From assembly GCA_041738235.1 (NCBI GenBank), contig JBGSQF010000006.1, forward strand, positions 18,261 to 82,260: a stretch of DNA of 64,000 nt, read 5' to 3'. Below are positions 1 through 10,170 of the stretch, in pieces (position 1 is the first letter of the stretch; each line of letters starts with the position of its first letter). Below the pieces are notes generated by a model that ran no database searches, was not told where the DNA came from, and worked only from the letters and a program-made list of their open reading frames with translations. The position numbers were made by a program, and so were the translations under genes. The DNA comes from Minisyncoccia bacterium (GTDB lineage: Bacteria; Patescibacteriota; Minisyncoccia; Moranbacterales; GCA-2747515).

Positions 1-1
1 T

Positions 2-157
2 CCCATCGAACCCGGCTGGTACGCTATCTCGGTAAATTTCCTGCAAGGAAGTATTTATGACACAACAAAAAAGGATGAGGAGAGCTATCGATGGCTTCGT
101 GATCAGACCCCTGTTGCGCAAGTAGGAACATCCATTCTTATCTACCACATACAATAA
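2..157 (+). CDS. 3-prime end (52 codons) of an unidentified gene running in from upstream of the window
   Basis: Frame 2 is open from position 2 to the TAA at 155-157 and is followed by a terminator hairpin. Product not recognised. Confidence 0.3.
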   Translation, partial: PIEPGWYAISVNFLQGSIYDTTKKDEESYRWLRDQTPVAQVGTSILIYHIQ

Positions 158-179
158 ATCTATTCCCCAGGACCACAAA

Positions 180-207
180 AAACCGCCTCTTGCCACAGGC
201 GGTTTTC
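180..207 (+). terminator. Rho-independent terminator
   Basis: Stem ccgcct/aggcgg (183-188 with 197-202) followed by TTTTCC. Seen directly in the sequence. Confidence 0.5.
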
Positions 208-344
208 CTTTTAATTTTTCGTACTCTTATTTTCCTGCTTGCCTATCATACATTCCCTGTTTCTTCTCCCCTACACCACAAAATCCTTCCTCAGCTCCCC
301 CCTACTATCCCACACTATCTTCCTACCTTGTTAGAGCACTATTT

Positions 345-1313
345 TCATTCCTTTTTTATCTGAGAAGTCTCTACATCATCTTTAAGGTCCTTTTGATCCC
401 CCTCTCCATCACCTTCCAATGTGATCTCAGCCTTCTTCTCCGTAAAAAACACCTTTCCATCCACTCGTAGATCAATAGATTCCAGTATATCCTTGCGATC
501 TGGAGGAAGAGCCACAAGAAATGCATAAAGAGACCGAAGTGTATCTTCAATAGAGAGATCTCTGGCCACCTTGATCTTCCAATTCTTACTCGTCTGGACC
601 TGATATTCCTCAAAGTTCTGCGGTTGATCAAAATACATAGCACTAAACTGATCTCCCAATCGACTACGAAGAAAATTGTCCCATTCAAGATACTGTGCAA
701 GCGTATCTTTTTTTATGACGCTACTTCCTAGTGATGCATCCCCACTGTCATTACTGACCACAACAGGGTATACCTTTTCGTTGTTTGCCACAATGACTTC
801 CCTGTCAGGTAATTCCTGAAAAGCATACCCTCCCTCATCAACCCCAAAACATTTCTGCAAACCACACCAATAGGCCACCATTTCACGCTCCGTAAATGTT
901 ATATGGACCGCGTTGGGAAATTTCTTTTCTATATGAATGTTACTCAATAGGAGAAATTTGTGATCCAGCCTATCCCTCATATCATCCACGGAAAAGAAAA
1001 AAAAGTTTCGATGCAAAAAAATATGCCACACCTTCTCCTGTCCATACTCGTTAACTACTGAAATAACCTCATCTTGGGTGACCGTATGTGAATCAGAGTC
1101 TATGTGCACCTCTCCTATTTCTGTATATGAAGAAAAGAATAGGAAGTAAGCACACACGCCCAAAAATGTAAAAAATAGTAACCAAAGAAAAAGAATATGA
1201 ATTTTATGCACTCGTTCTCGCCTACTCATCTCCGTCATTCCTGATCTGCCAGCAGATCTATTTCGAATACGGATAGATTTCTTTTGTATTACGATATTTT
1301 TTCGCATATACAT
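345..1313 (-). CDS. FtsQ/DivIB-like cell-division protein (single N-terminal TM helix plus POTRA-like domain)
   Basis: TM segment IHILFLWLLFFTFLGVCAYFLFF, then a POTRA-like block ending KKFPNAVHITFTEREMVAYW. True start is probably an internal Met (MTEMSRRER). Confidence 0.5.
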   Translation of the reverse strand: MYMRKNIVIQKKSIRIRNRSAGRSGMTEMSRRERVHKIHILFLWLLFFTFLGVCAYFLFFSSYTEIGEVHIDSDSHTVTQDEVISVVNEYGQEKVWHIFLHRNFFFFSVDDMRDRLDHKFLLLSNIHIEKKFPNAVHITFTEREMVAYWCGLQKCFGVDEGGYAFQELPDREVIVANNEKVYPVVVSNDSGDASLGSSVIKKDTLAQYLEWDNFLRSRLGDQFSAMYFDQPQNFEEYQVQTSKNWKIKVARDLSIEDTLRSLYAFLVALPPDRKDILESIDLRVDGKVFFTEKKAEITLEGDGEGDQKDLKDDVETSQIKKE

Positions 1314-1361
1314 CTACAAAACTCTTTATCAATAAACTTCAAGTGAGAAATATCATATATA

Positions 1362-2258
1362 TCACAAACTCAACAAGGTGTTTTCTAGTATAAGACGGCT
1401 ATTTACCTGTGTGTTTTTGAGTAATTTTACACATTCATACATCTTTTCTACGCGTGCGAACATTATATGCATATTCTCCTTTTCCGAAAACGCTCTTTCT
1501 CGAAAAAGAAATGCCCATAATTCCAAAGTTTCTATAGCTTTTGGTATATTTTTTGAAAGCGCTTCCCCCAACCGGAGTCTTTCACCAATTCCCATGTTCT
1601 CGATCCTTAATGAGTCCTTACCGATCGATGTTCGTTCATCAAACATTTGCCTGTTTTCACTCATTTTGATCGCAAGACCAGGAAGCCCTAAGGAAAGACT
1701 CCACAAATGATCTGCGTCCGAGAATCCCCTGCTTGAAAATGACCTTTTAAAGGCCTCTCGAGAGACCATTCCAAACATTTCTTTTTCACAACGCGACAAG
1801 ATCGTAGGCAAGAGTGTATCAAGTGTATGTGCAACAAGAACGATCACGGTATTTCCAACAGGTTCTTCCAGTGTTTTAAGGATCGCATTCTGTGCTTGTA
1901 CGGTCATCTTTTGTGCTTCATCGATCAAAAGGGCCTTCCTACCATGATGTGCAGAAGAAAGGGAGACCGCTCGAACACTTTCTCGAACCACGTCAGTATC
2001 GATCTGCTTTTCCTTAACTACACCCTTTTTCTCTTCGACTTCTGGAGATATCTCAACGATATCTCCAGAAGTATCAATGGGTCCTAGGGAAGACCCCAAA
2101 TGCACAGACTCATTTACATACGCCGTAACAAAAAGATGAGCCAATGTGTGTTTTCCAGAATATTTTGGCCCAAAAAAAAGAAAGGCTTTTGAACGAGCCG
2201 GGCTCACTAAAAACTTCTCGAGACGCTCCTGTACCGCGTAATGACCGATAAAAGACAT
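1362..2258 (-). CDS. holB: DNA polymerase III delta-prime subunit (AAA+ clamp-loader)
   Basis: N-terminus MSFIGH..FFGPKYSGKHTLAHLF has a P-loop-like box; LIDEAQKM Walker-B-like; SRC motif; about 300 aa, as expected. Confidence 0.7.
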   Translation of the reverse strand: MSFIGHYAVQERLEKFLVSPARSKAFLFFGPKYSGKHTLAHLFVTAYVNESVHLGSSLGPIDTSGDIVEISPEVEEKKGVVKEKQIDTDVVRESVRAVSLSSAHHGRKALLIDEAQKMTVQAQNAILKTLEEPVGNTVIVLVAHTLDTLLPTILSRCEKEMFGMVSREAFKRSFSSRGFSDADHLWSLSLGLPGLAIKMSENRQMFDERTSIGKDSLRIENMGIGERLRLGEALSKNIPKAIETLELWAFLFRERAFSEKENMHIMFARVEKMYECVKLLKNTQVNSRLILENTLLSL

Positions 2259-2321
2259 ATTTTTTTATACAATCCTTAGAAATCAGCAATGAGGATCTTA
2301 CAACGATCCCCCGAAAGATCC

Positions 2322-3440
2322 TCACTCTTGAACATTCATTTCCTCAATTGCCCCTAAGATCTTATCTCGAAAACACTTCCCAGAAAACCGAAGTGCGCGC
2401 TCACGTATAAGCTTCCTATCCCAGGTCTTTTTTTCCAAGAACCGCCTTACTGCATCCGCCACCATAACAGATACCGGCTCTTCAAAAAATATCCCGGACA
2501 CACCTTCTTCGATAGTCTCCAATGCACCTCCTTTTCCTAACGCAATGACGGGTGTTCCCACTTGCATAGCCTCCACTGTAACCATCCCAAAATCATCTTC
2601 TGCAGGAAAAATGAGAGCACGTGCGTTCACCATATAACGAAGAACCTCTGTATCGGACCTACGACCGAGAAACTTGACGGTGTTCATAGAAGATTTCTGG
2701 ATACTTCTTGCATCATAGCCATCACCAATGATCACAAGAGGCAAGTTGAGTTTTTGAAAGGCCTCGACTACTAGAGAAACATTTTTACTCTCCGTCAAAC
2801 GGGAAACCACAAGAAAATACCCTTGCTCACTCAACTGGGCATCTCGCATTGCTTCCGGATCAATATCCTCTCCCAGTGTAACTGGTGGATATATCACTTG
2901 GGCCCGTCGACGGTAATATTTATTGATACGTTTCTTTGTGTATTGAGAGTTAGCAATCAATATATCTGGACGGTCGGCTGCCATACGGTCCCAGACTCGA
3001 ATATAGCTCAATAAAGCGCGACGGCACAATGCTACTCCTCGTCCCAAACCCTTCGTATAACGCTCATTGTAATCCCACACAAATCGCATAGGCGAATGTA
3101 GATACGCGATATGTTTCGTTCTCAGTTTTGTTACAACTCCTTTGCTCCAGGCCCCTGAAGATGAGATAACTAGATCAAAGTCCCGAAGGTCAAAGGCTTC
3201 TATGGCCGATCCAAAAAAAGGCAAAAGCCATCGGTATCGACGTCGAAAAAATCTTGGAAGTTTTTGCAATATAGAAGAGTGAATAACACGATCGGAGAAT
3301 CTTCCTCCTGATAACTCTTCATCGTAGAGAAGTGTGTATATCGGGGCCTCCGGAAACATATCTGCGAGCTCCCGAAGTACCCGTTCCGCACCTCCAAACG
3401 TCATCAAAAAATCGTGCACGATCACCACTTTCTTTTCCAT
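2322..3440 (-). CDS. Family-4 (GT-B fold) glycosyltransferase
   Basis: VVIVHDFLMTFGGAERV N-terminal motif; C-terminal EDDFGMVTVEAMQVGTPVIA (EX7E motif). The six-frame ORF runs to 3521, but the start is likely the Met of MEKKVVIV at 3440. Confidence 0.65.
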   Translation of the reverse strand: MEKKVVIVHDFLMTFGGAERVLRELADMFPEAPIYTLLYDEELSGGRFSDRVIHSSILQKLPRFFRRRYRWLLPFFGSAIEAFDLRDFDLVISSSGAWSKGVVTKLRTKHIAYLHSPMRFVWDYNERYTKGLGRGVALCRRALLSYIRVWDRMAADRPDILIANSQYTKKRINKYYRRRAQVIYPPVTLGEDIDPEAMRDAQLSEQGYFLVVSRLTESKNVSLVVEAFQKLNLPLVIIGDGYDARSIQKSSMNTVKFLGRRSDTEVLRYMVNARALIFPAEDDFGMVTVEAMQVGTPVIALGKGGALETIEEGVSGIFFEEPVSVMVADAVRRFLEKKTWDRKLIRERALRFSGKCFRDKILGAIEEMNVQE

Positions 3441-3628
3441 AAAAATATCACTAAAAATACAGGAATTGATGTATTTTCCACATCCCCAGTATACCATCCA
3501 TCCGAACTTCCCGAAAGACACTGGCTCGCTACCCCGAAAGAGCAGAACCCTTTAAAGGGTCAAAGGATATAATATTGACTTTCAATGATATTTTTGTTAT
3601 TCTCTAAGGGTATTTTTGAGATCTTCAT

Positions 3629-3701
3629 GCGCCCATAGCTCAGCTGGTAGAGCAGTTGGCTCTTAACCAAACGGTCGTAGGTTCGAATCCTACTGGGCGC
3701 A
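3629..3701 (+). tRNA. tRNA-Lys (anticodon CTT)
   Basis: Hand-folded cloverleaf: acceptor gcgccca/tgggcgc, anticodon stem gttgg/ccaaa, loop ctCTTaa, T-loop ttcgaat. Confidence 0.9.
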
Positions 3702-3733
3702 CTAAAGACCTGTGTGAACATCTAATGAATTGA

Positions 3734-3805
3734 GCCCCGATAGCTCAATGGATAGAGCAGGAGTCTTCTAAGCTCTTGATGGGGGTTCGATTCCCTCTCG
3801 GGGTA
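3734..3805 (+). tRNA. tRNA-Arg (anticodon TCT)
   Basis: Acceptor gccccga/tcggggt, anticodon stem ggagt/gctct, loop ctTCTaa, T-arm gggggttcgattccctc. Confidence 0.9.
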
Positions 3806-3842
3806 CACAAAGAGCATTTTGAAGAGTGTGGCAAAGATATAT

Positions 3843-3916
3843 GGCGATTATCGTCTAATGGTTAAGACATCGGTTTGTGGTACCGAGAATCTGGGTTCGA
3901 TTCCCAGTAATCGCCC
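3843..3916 (+). tRNA. tRNA-His (anticodon GTG) with genome-encoded G-1
   Basis: Acceptor gcgatta/taatcgc with an extra 5-prime G pairing C73; anticodon stem tcggt/accga, loop ttGTGgt. Confidence 0.9.
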
Positions 3917-3941
3917 AGGTAGGTCACTGGAAGATATAGGG

Positions 3942-4015
3942 GCGCCCGTAGCTCAGTGGATTAGAGTACTTGGCTTCGAACCAAGGGGTCGCAGGTTCGA
4001 GTCCTGCCGGGCGCA
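3942..4015 (+). tRNA. tRNA-Arg (anticodon TCG)
   Basis: Acceptor gcgcccg/cgggcgc, anticodon stem cttgg/ccaag, loop ctTCGaa, T-loop ttcgagt. Confidence 0.85.
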
Positions 4016-4016
4016 C

Positions 4017-4047
4017 TAAAAAAACCAACCCTAAAGGTTGGTTTTTT
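4017..4047. terminator. Bidirectional intrinsic terminator (ends the tRNA cluster on + and the pilus operon on -)
   Basis: aaaa-AACCAACC-ctaaa-GGTTGGTT-tttttt: perfect 8-bp stem flanked by an A-run and a T-run. Confidence 0.6.
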
Positions 4048-4058
4048 GTAAAAAAAGA

Positions 4059-4358
4059 TCATTCATAAAACAGGTCACGCTTTATAACAGCATTTCCAGA
4101 TGGGATCTTTCTCTCTTCCAAAACATCAAGGATCTCCCCAAACTTCTTCATATCCAAACTTTCTCCTTCTGATTCTAAGATCTTTACTTTTACGGCTTCA
4201 ATATGATCTTGTGGAGCATAAAACATAGTATACCACTCAAATATCCCAAGGCAGGACACTATCATGAATAAAACAAAGAAGATCGATCCCCAATGACGCA
4301 TCCATAGAGATCCTATTCTCTTAAAAAACAAACTGACCTTTCTAACCAGTAAATTCAT
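4059..4358 (-). CDS. Small membrane protein, last gene of the pilus operon (function unknown)
   Basis: 99-aa ORF with one TM helix (SIFFVLFMIVSCLGIF), 61 nt downstream of the pilO-like gene on the same strand. Confidence 0.4.
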   Translation of the reverse strand: MNLLVRKVSLFFKRIGSLWMRHWGSIFFVLFMIVSCLGIFEWYTMFYAPQDHIEAVKVKILESEGESLDMKKFGEILDVLEERKIPSGNAVIKRDLFYE

Positions 4359-4419
4359 AACACCAAAACTTCTTTAAGAATAAATATTGTTCTCCTTGCA
4401 AAAAACTCAACCAGATCAC

Positions 4420-5100
4420 CTAACTCTTCAATTCCCAAAACTGCATAAAAGAAAGCACAGCATTCGTCACAACCTTTTTCCCAGCCGGTACCTGTTCTTG
4501 CTCAGAACTCCCCTCAGAAGAGACTGTAGATTGACCTGCTTCCTGATCTTCTTTTTCCATTTTTATACTCTCAAAAGATGCTACAGGACTCATTCTATCC
4601 AACCGGTCAAGATAACTCATAGTAGCTGAGTATGTTCCGCGGATCTCTACAAAAAACGTGAATTGATTTTTCTCCTGTTCAGCCTGTTCTTTCTTTTCTT
4701 GGTCCGTTCTTGTGTCCTTTGTGGCAACTGGCGTTTTTGCTTTTGGTTTTTTTACGGGTCCCTCTTGAATGTCCAACTTAACCTCAACGCCCGATAACTG
4801 AGCCATTGATTCAAGCTTTTCAATGGTGTTAATAAGGTCCTCCTTTCGCACAAATATATCTTGTAATGCTCCCTCTTTTTCCCGAACGAATTCGTAACGA
4901 CGCAAAATATCTTCCCTTTGTTTTATCTTTTCGGTGTTAATCTCATCACGGGCCAAGAGGTTCTCAACAGAACCTTGCTTCTGTTGCACTGAACGAAAGA
5001 CCCAAAACAGAAAATACGAACCAGCTATTAACCCCACCAAGATAAAGGCGGATGTGATGAAAAAAAATTTAGTATGCGCATTGATCCTCATAAACTCCAA
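4420..5100 (-). CDS. pilO: PilO-like type IV pilus assembly protein (TM plus coiled coil plus Ser/Glu-rich C-terminus)
   Basis: Sits right after pilN; N-terminal TM FFFITSAFILVGLIAGSYFLFWVF then coiled coil. The call rests on position and architecture. Confidence 0.5.
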   Translation of the reverse strand: MEFMRINAHTKFFFITSAFILVGLIAGSYFLFWVFRSVQQKQGSVENLLARDEINTEKIKQREDILRRYEFVREKEGALQDIFVRKEDLINTIEKLESMAQLSGVEVKLDIQEGPVKKPKAKTPVATKDTRTDQEKKEQAEQEKNQFTFFVEIRGTYSATMSYLDRLDRMSPVASFESIKMEKEDQEAGQSTVSSEGSSEQEQVPAGKKVVTNAVLSFMQFWELKS

Positions 5101-5121
5101 AATACAAATAACTCTAAATAA

Positions 5122-5670
5122 TCAGAAACACTTCGGTTGAATCGAAATCTCCATTTCAAAATCGATACTTTCCTTTTGTGCTATCTGAGAAAGAGGCAAC
5201 TTGACATCTGTAAAACACTCGATCTTTTGTAAGCTCTCTTGAAATACCAATAAATTTTCCCGATTATCAGAGTGTCCCACTATCTTTAATTTTCCTTCCT
5301 CTATTGATATGGATGAGAACATAACCCCTCCAGGGGAATTTGATTCTATAGCATGGTATACCCAAATAAGATTCTTCTGTTGCTTTAGTAGCTTCTCGGC
5401 CATTGGGATCTTGGCCTGCACCTGAGAAAACTCTTTCTCATAAAATAAAATGTCAGCATAAGACTTATCCTGTTGTTCCCGCTCAGAGACCCTGTTCAAT
5501 ACGGATCGCTCTTCCAAACTCAATAAAAACCACACACCCGAAAGCAGGCTCCCTAGAAAAATAACCAGAAAAAGGAGCCCCACTTCCTGACGTATCAGGT
5601 CCCGATATAACTTTGAAAGACGGAGGTTTTCCTTTCTTTCAGGGGGAAGAATATTAAGAAATGTCTTCAT
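5122..5670 (-). CDS. pilN: PilN type IV pilus assembly protein
   Basis: N-terminal LNILPPERKEN (PilN LLPxR signature) followed by one TM helix; overlaps the pilM stop. Confidence 0.65.
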   Translation of the reverse strand: MKTFLNILPPERKENLRLSKLYRDLIRQEVGLLFLVIFLGSLLSGVWFLLSLEERSVLNRVSEREQQDKSYADILFYEKEFSQVQAKIPMAEKLLKQQKNLIWVYHAIESNSPGGVMFSSISIEEGKLKIVGHSDNRENLLVFQESLQKIECFTDVKLPLSQIAQKESIDFEMEISIQPKCF

Positions 5671-6745
5671 ATGTATATTGTAATCCCTGCCAAGCGAGTC
5701 CTATGGCTGTTGAGTAACGTAATGCATCTTGATAGGGTATTGTCGGAATAGCCTTTCCCAAATTCATTCGAGCCCATGGATCTCCTCTCTGCACCGTCTT
5801 CCCCAATCTTTTACCAAGGTATACAGGCAGTCCTTCGGTGTTTGCGCCACCACCACATAAAATTACTCTATCAACTGAATGAGAAAATTTTAATCCGCCT
5901 ACAAAAAAATCCATAGACGTTTGAATATGCTGAATAAGATTCTCCATAATGGATTCGACTCCCTGAAACACTGGATCCCTTTTAACAAATGATCCGATTC
6001 CTTGTTCATATTTTATCTTTTCTGCCTCTTCTTGGGGCACGTGTAGGGTCTTGGCTATGGCATCCGTCATCATTTGGGAAGAAAGGGAAATGCTCGACGT
6101 AAAGCATGGTGTTCCTCCAACTGCAAACGTAAACGTGGTCCTTCTATCACCAAAATCCACCACAAGAACCGTTTCAGCGCTGTCCACCTCCTCCGCCAGT
6201 AAGCTTTGAACCTGTGCCACAGATTCAGTGCCCATACCAATTGTCTGCAATCCAGCCAACTCCAGGACACCCAAAAAAGAATCCACTACACCCCTCGCCA
6301 CGGCCACCATCAAAATACTCATCTTCTTTGGATCCTTTGAGAAACTTTTTTGAAGTGGGGTCCAGTCATAATACAACTGATCCAAACCCATTGGAATATT
6401 TTCCTCAACTTGCCATCGAATCGCCTCCTCTAATTGCTCATGTTTCAAAAATGGGACCTCGATAACACGCAAAAAAGATTTTCCTTCAGGTAAAGAACAA
6501 AATACCTTTTTGGTACGGATCCGTGATGCCTTTAAACAGTTCAGTATGGATTCACGAACGCCTTCAGGATTTTTGATTTCTCCATCAACGATATTTCCGG
6601 GGGCAACAGAATAAGAAGCATACCTCGAAACATTACAATGTTTCCCAGAAAGACCCAGTTGGACCACTTTCACAGAAAGATCACTCAGATCAAGTCCAAA
6701 GGGTAATTGTTTAGGAAGAAAGATTGGATCATAAAAAATATTCAT
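5654..6745 (-). CDS. pilM: PilM type IV pilus assembly ATPase-fold (actin-like) protein
   Basis: 363 aa, starts FGLDLSDLSVKVVQL, has the VVDFGDRRTTFTF actin-fold motif, and lies directly upstream of pilN. Confidence 0.75.
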   Translation of the reverse strand: MNIFYDPIFLPKQLPFGLDLSDLSVKVVQLGLSGKHCNVSRYASYSVAPGNIVDGEIKNPEGVRESILNCLKASRIRTKKVFCSLPEGKSFLRVIEVPFLKHEQLEEAIRWQVEENIPMGLDQLYYDWTPLQKSFSKDPKKMSILMVAVARGVVDSFLGVLELAGLQTIGMGTESVAQVQSLLAEEVDSAETVLVVDFGDRRTTFTFAVGGTPCFTSSISLSSQMMTDAIAKTLHVPQEEAEKIKYEQGIGSFVKRDPVFQGVESIMENLIQHIQTSMDFFVGGLKFSHSVDRVILCGGGANTEGLPVYLGKRLGKTVQRGDPWARMNLGKAIPTIPYQDALRYSTAIGLAWQGLQYTYEDIS

Positions 6746-6757
6746 ACCTACAGTATA

Positions 6758-8173
6758 TTATAATTCCTCCCAAAGGTCGATAGCATAATGTGTTCCTGTT
6801 GGAAAGTAAGGAGGCGGAGTATATAAAAAGTTGTTATCATAAACGATATCCCTTGTTGTATATCCCCAATCTTGTGCCCCGTTCGTCCAAGCAAATCCGT
6901 ATCGCCCCCTTGTTGCCAGGGAACCAAACACTGTTATCCTGCTTTTATGATCACTTGTTCCATAATCTGGCCTACCAACTCGCCCATTTTGAGCTATAAG
7001 CGCTGCATCAATCCGCAGATCATCTTCGCTACTCTTTATTACATCAATATTATTTTGTGCTATAAGACCAATCGTTTCGGATCCGTCATAACGAGTATAT
7101 AAAATATCCTTTTTGAGATATATATTTTTTTGACTTCCGCCTGACATATCCGCGGCAACAACCGTTACCATTTTTCCATCAACTCTCCCGTCAACCCAAA
7201 CATCATCCTCTACAAATATCACACCATTGTTAGGTATTGTATACGATGTTGCTGAAGTTTCCTTAGTGATGTCATTATAGGCATCCACGTTCTTCACCTT
7301 ACGAACACTGACTGTACCATTTGAATTTAACGTAATGTGTCTCCCAAGGTTTGAGTCATTAAAATAGAGATTACCATTCGAGCTCCTGTCCGTACAATAT
7401 GATCCCGGTGTCAAGCATCCGGACTCCCCTTTCATAAAAGCAAGATCAGCAGTCACTCCATTAAAACTCGGCCCAGTTTTTGGAAATTCCTTTCCACCAA
7501 GAAACACATCGCTCCCCATATTTGCATTATACTCATTGGTCCAACTAGTCCACACGCCATCTCGCATATCAACCGCAACAGTATCAGGGTCATCGTATGT
7601 CTCTCGAGCACTCGAAATCACATTATGAGCAACCCCATCAAAACGAATCCCGCCATTTGAGTGAATTGGTCCTTGTACCTCCGTCCCGTCCCCGAACCGA
7701 ATATCAGAATCGCATAACACCGAGAATTCACTCCATGACGGTTGTCGAAATCGAACCCTAATAGTTCGAATTCGAGACGGATCCTTGTACAGATATCCAG
7801 TGGATTCAACCATGGCCACTGTTGAATTTCCATTTGGCGGCGTAACCGTGATCGAATACTCTCCAATGCCCTCATATTCGGAAACATAGGGAACATCCAC
7901 ACCAAAAGGAGATCCGTTTTCCCAAAAATCTTGAATCTGTTGCTTTGTTCTCCCCTCGACCTGATGGGCTAAGTACCAACGATAGAAATAGATCCCGGAT
8001 TCAGCAGCATGAAGCGCACGCTCTTGTGTCACCTTTTTGTTGGCATACTGAATCTGTGAGGTTATAACTCGTATAAAACCAGAAAACAAGATAGAGCTAA
8101 TCACCAAAATGATCAGAGTGTATACAAGAACACTTCCCGTAGCATGCTTATTTTTTCTATTGGGCGCGATCAT
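6758..8173 (-). CDS. PilX-like large pseudopilin / pilus-tip protein
   Basis: PilX_N-like hydrophobic start (HATGSVLVYTLIILVISSILFSG) without the Glu+5. Start chosen at MIAPNRKN (8173); the ORF track extends to 8200. Confidence 0.5.
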   Translation of the reverse strand: MIAPNRKNKHATGSVLVYTLIILVISSILFSGFIRVITSQIQYANKKVTQERALHAAESGIYFYRWYLAHQVEGRTKQQIQDFWENGSPFGVDVPYVSEYEGIGEYSITVTPPNGNSTVAMVESTGYLYKDPSRIRTIRVRFRQPSWSEFSVLCDSDIRFGDGTEVQGPIHSNGGIRFDGVAHNVISSARETYDDPDTVAVDMRDGVWTSWTNEYNANMGSDVFLGGKEFPKTGPSFNGVTADLAFMKGESGCLTPGSYCTDRSSNGNLYFNDSNLGRHITLNSNGTVSVRKVKNVDAYNDITKETSATSYTIPNNGVIFVEDDVWVDGRVDGKMVTVVAADMSGGSQKNIYLKKDILYTRYDGSETIGLIAQNNIDVIKSSEDDLRIDAALIAQNGRVGRPDYGTSDHKSRITVFGSLATRGRYGFAWTNGAQDWGYTTRDIVYDNNFLYTPPPYFPTGTHYAIDLWEEL

Positions 8174-8774
8174 ATTCAGAAAGATTACGAATAGAAGCAA
8201 ATGATTGAAAATGAGTGGCCGCCGGAGAGGAACTGGGATTTATATCCACATAAAGATCAATACCGATCATACGAACTACACTAATAGAAAAACTCCCTGT
8301 CAACTCACTATTTCCATTATCATAAAAAGAGAACACGTCTCCCGGATATGGTTCGAAACCGTTTCTTACGTCCGACAAAAAAATACTGACCACTTCTTGA
8401 TTCGTCGGATAAGTAGCCGGACTTCCAACCGGATCAATAATCCCCATACGGAGATTTGTTCCATCAAGAAATATTCGAACACGTTCTATATCTCCATCTT
8501 CATCCTGATCAGCAAAAAAAATCACTTCGGTCGGATCGGCTAATTTCAGAGCATACTCTCCAGCATCTGACTGTCTCATATTCCGGAAAAGTGAAACTAG
8601 AGAGGTAACGGTCTGAGATGCTTTATACTGAGCCTGCGCACTATCTATGGCAAATTGTTGCAAAGGCCAAATATTTACAAAATACAGCACAACACCAAAC
8701 ATTGTCATAGATAATATCCCGATAGCAACGATCATCTCCACCAAGGAGAGTCCTTTGTAAAAATAGTTTTTCAT
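8157..8774 (-). CDS. Type IV pilin-like protein (class III signal peptide)
   Basis: MKNYFYKG|LSLVEMIVAIGIL is a prepilin cleavage motif with Glu at +5. An AAAGGAA RBS lies upstream of the ATG at 8774; the alternative start is 8795. Confidence 0.6.
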   Translation of the reverse strand: MKNYFYKGLSLVEMIVAIGILSMTMFGVVLYFVNIWPLQQFAIDSAQAQYKASQTVTSLVSLFRNMRQSDAGEYALKLADPTEVIFFADQDEDGDIERVRIFLDGTNLRMGIIDPVGSPATYPTNQEVVSIFLSDVRNGFEPYPGDVFSFYDNGNSELTGSFSISVVRMIGIDLYVDINPSSSPAATHFQSFASIRNLSEYDRAQ

Positions 8775-8784
8775 ATAGTTCCTT

Positions 8785-10158
8785 TTAGTCTGCATGGAGA
8801 GAAACAGTTACCTCCTCCAGTCCCACAAGAGTCACGGTCTCAGTTTCAGAATGATATCCAGCTAGATCCACCTGGATATCATACGACTCCCCAAGCGTAA
8901 GCTCATTTGCATTCGTTGGAAAATACCCAAAACCATACAAACCACTCATTTGCGTTGCATCATATAATCCCCCACCCCCCGTAACATGGATTGTTGCTCC
9001 CGGTAACTCCACACCGGAAGCATTGTCTACCACTTTGACAAAAATACCGGGATCCGTTTTCTTGAGTAAGATAATATCAGTACTAACGGTCCCCCCATAA
9101 GGGAATAACACGATTTCAGGGTCATCACCAGACAGGCCTGATTTCCAAAACACGTAGTCTGTTTCACTTGTATCTAAAGAAAAGGTATATGTGCCACCGC
9201 TTCTATCAGTAAAGTGGATGTCTCCATTTTCATCCGATGTACTTGATTCATTTTTATATTCATAATCCGTTGGAAGAGCATTGTTATCAAGTCGCCTCCC
9301 ACCAGATAACAAAAAGGCAATATCAGGAAATGAATTTCCAAAAGGATCTTTTACATGAAAAGTAATATCCGTTAAAGGATTTAATTCAAAATTACCCACA
9401 TTAATAGCTCCATTTGCAACAATAACAGGGGGATTTTTTGGAGGAAACGCCCCCACAGGAGGATACGGAAGAGTCTCCAATGTTTCATACCCAGACTTCG
9501 TAAGGCGTATAGTATACCCAACATCACTCACGGGTACTCCCAGTAAAAACAAATTACCCGTATTATCGGTAGAAAAATTCCCCGCTATCCCAGTGATCGT
9601 CACATGAACACCAGAAACAGGATTACCCGCGTTATTATAAACATTTATCGACAGTGCGCCCGTATTTGGGATCTCCTGTTCAATTCCCGGAGGAACAAAC
9701 CGAGCAACCATCTCCACATGTTGCTCAGAACTTCTCGCTCCCCATTCAACGGAGATAAATACCTTTTTATAATCATTTGGCACAGCATCCGTAGATGTTA
9801 GTAGTGTCCCGTCATTCGGGTCATCTTCATATTGAACGGTAGTGCTAATATAAAAGTGTCCCGTCCCAAAATCCTTCTCTTCATTTGGCACCATAACACA
9901 ATGACTCACACATGAAGGCACGCCCCCATCAAACCCAACGTCTTCATAGGGAAGATTGCGTATTCTCTCCATCTGCTCGTTCGCTAAATTCATTGCTTGT
10001 AAGCGCCTTTGCGCATCCAAAATACGAACCATTCCCAAAGAAAAAGCAGAATAAAATGTTAAAGCCATCACGGAAAATACAAATACAACGATCAAACTCT
10101 CGATAAGGGTCGTGCCCCTCAAATAAAAACGTGCTTGCTTTTTCCCCATACAAAACAA
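8785..10158 (-). CDS. Large (457 aa) minor pilin / pseudopilin with Cna-B/carboxypeptidase-regulatory-like beta-sandwich domains
   Basis: MGKKQARFYLRG|TTLIESLIVVFVF prepilin motif; the C-terminal region has GxxVxGVxVTITGIAG..TDNTGNLFL repeats typical of CarbopepD_reg-like folds. Confidence 0.55.
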   Translation of the reverse strand: MFCMGKKQARFYLRGTTLIESLIVVFVFSVMALTFYSAFSLGMVRILDAQRRLQAMNLANEQMERIRNLPYEDVGFDGGVPSCVSHCVMVPNEEKDFGTGHFYISTTVQYEDDPNDGTLLTSTDAVPNDYKKVFISVEWGARSSEQHVEMVARFVPPGIEQEIPNTGALSINVYNNAGNPVSGVHVTITGIAGNFSTDNTGNLFLLGVPVSDVGYTIRLTKSGYETLETLPYPPVGAFPPKNPPVIVANGAINVGNFELNPLTDITFHVKDPFGNSFPDIAFLLSGGRRLDNNALPTDYEYKNESSTSDENGDIHFTDRSGGTYTFSLDTSETDYVFWKSGLSGDDPEIVLFPYGGTVSTDIILLKKTDPGIFVKVVDNASGVELPGATIHVTGGGGLYDATQMSGLYGFGYFPTNANELTLGESYDIQVDLAGYHSETETVTLVGLEEVTVSLHAD

Positions 10159-10170
10159 AGTTTAACGTCC

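Noticed and set aside
371-700. 109-aa minus-strand ORF
   Set aside because: It lies inside the FtsQ-like gene in another frame.
3819-4019. 66-aa plus-strand ORF overlapping tRNA-His and tRNA-Arg
   Set aside because: It is entirely covered by two well-folded tRNA genes. Spurious.
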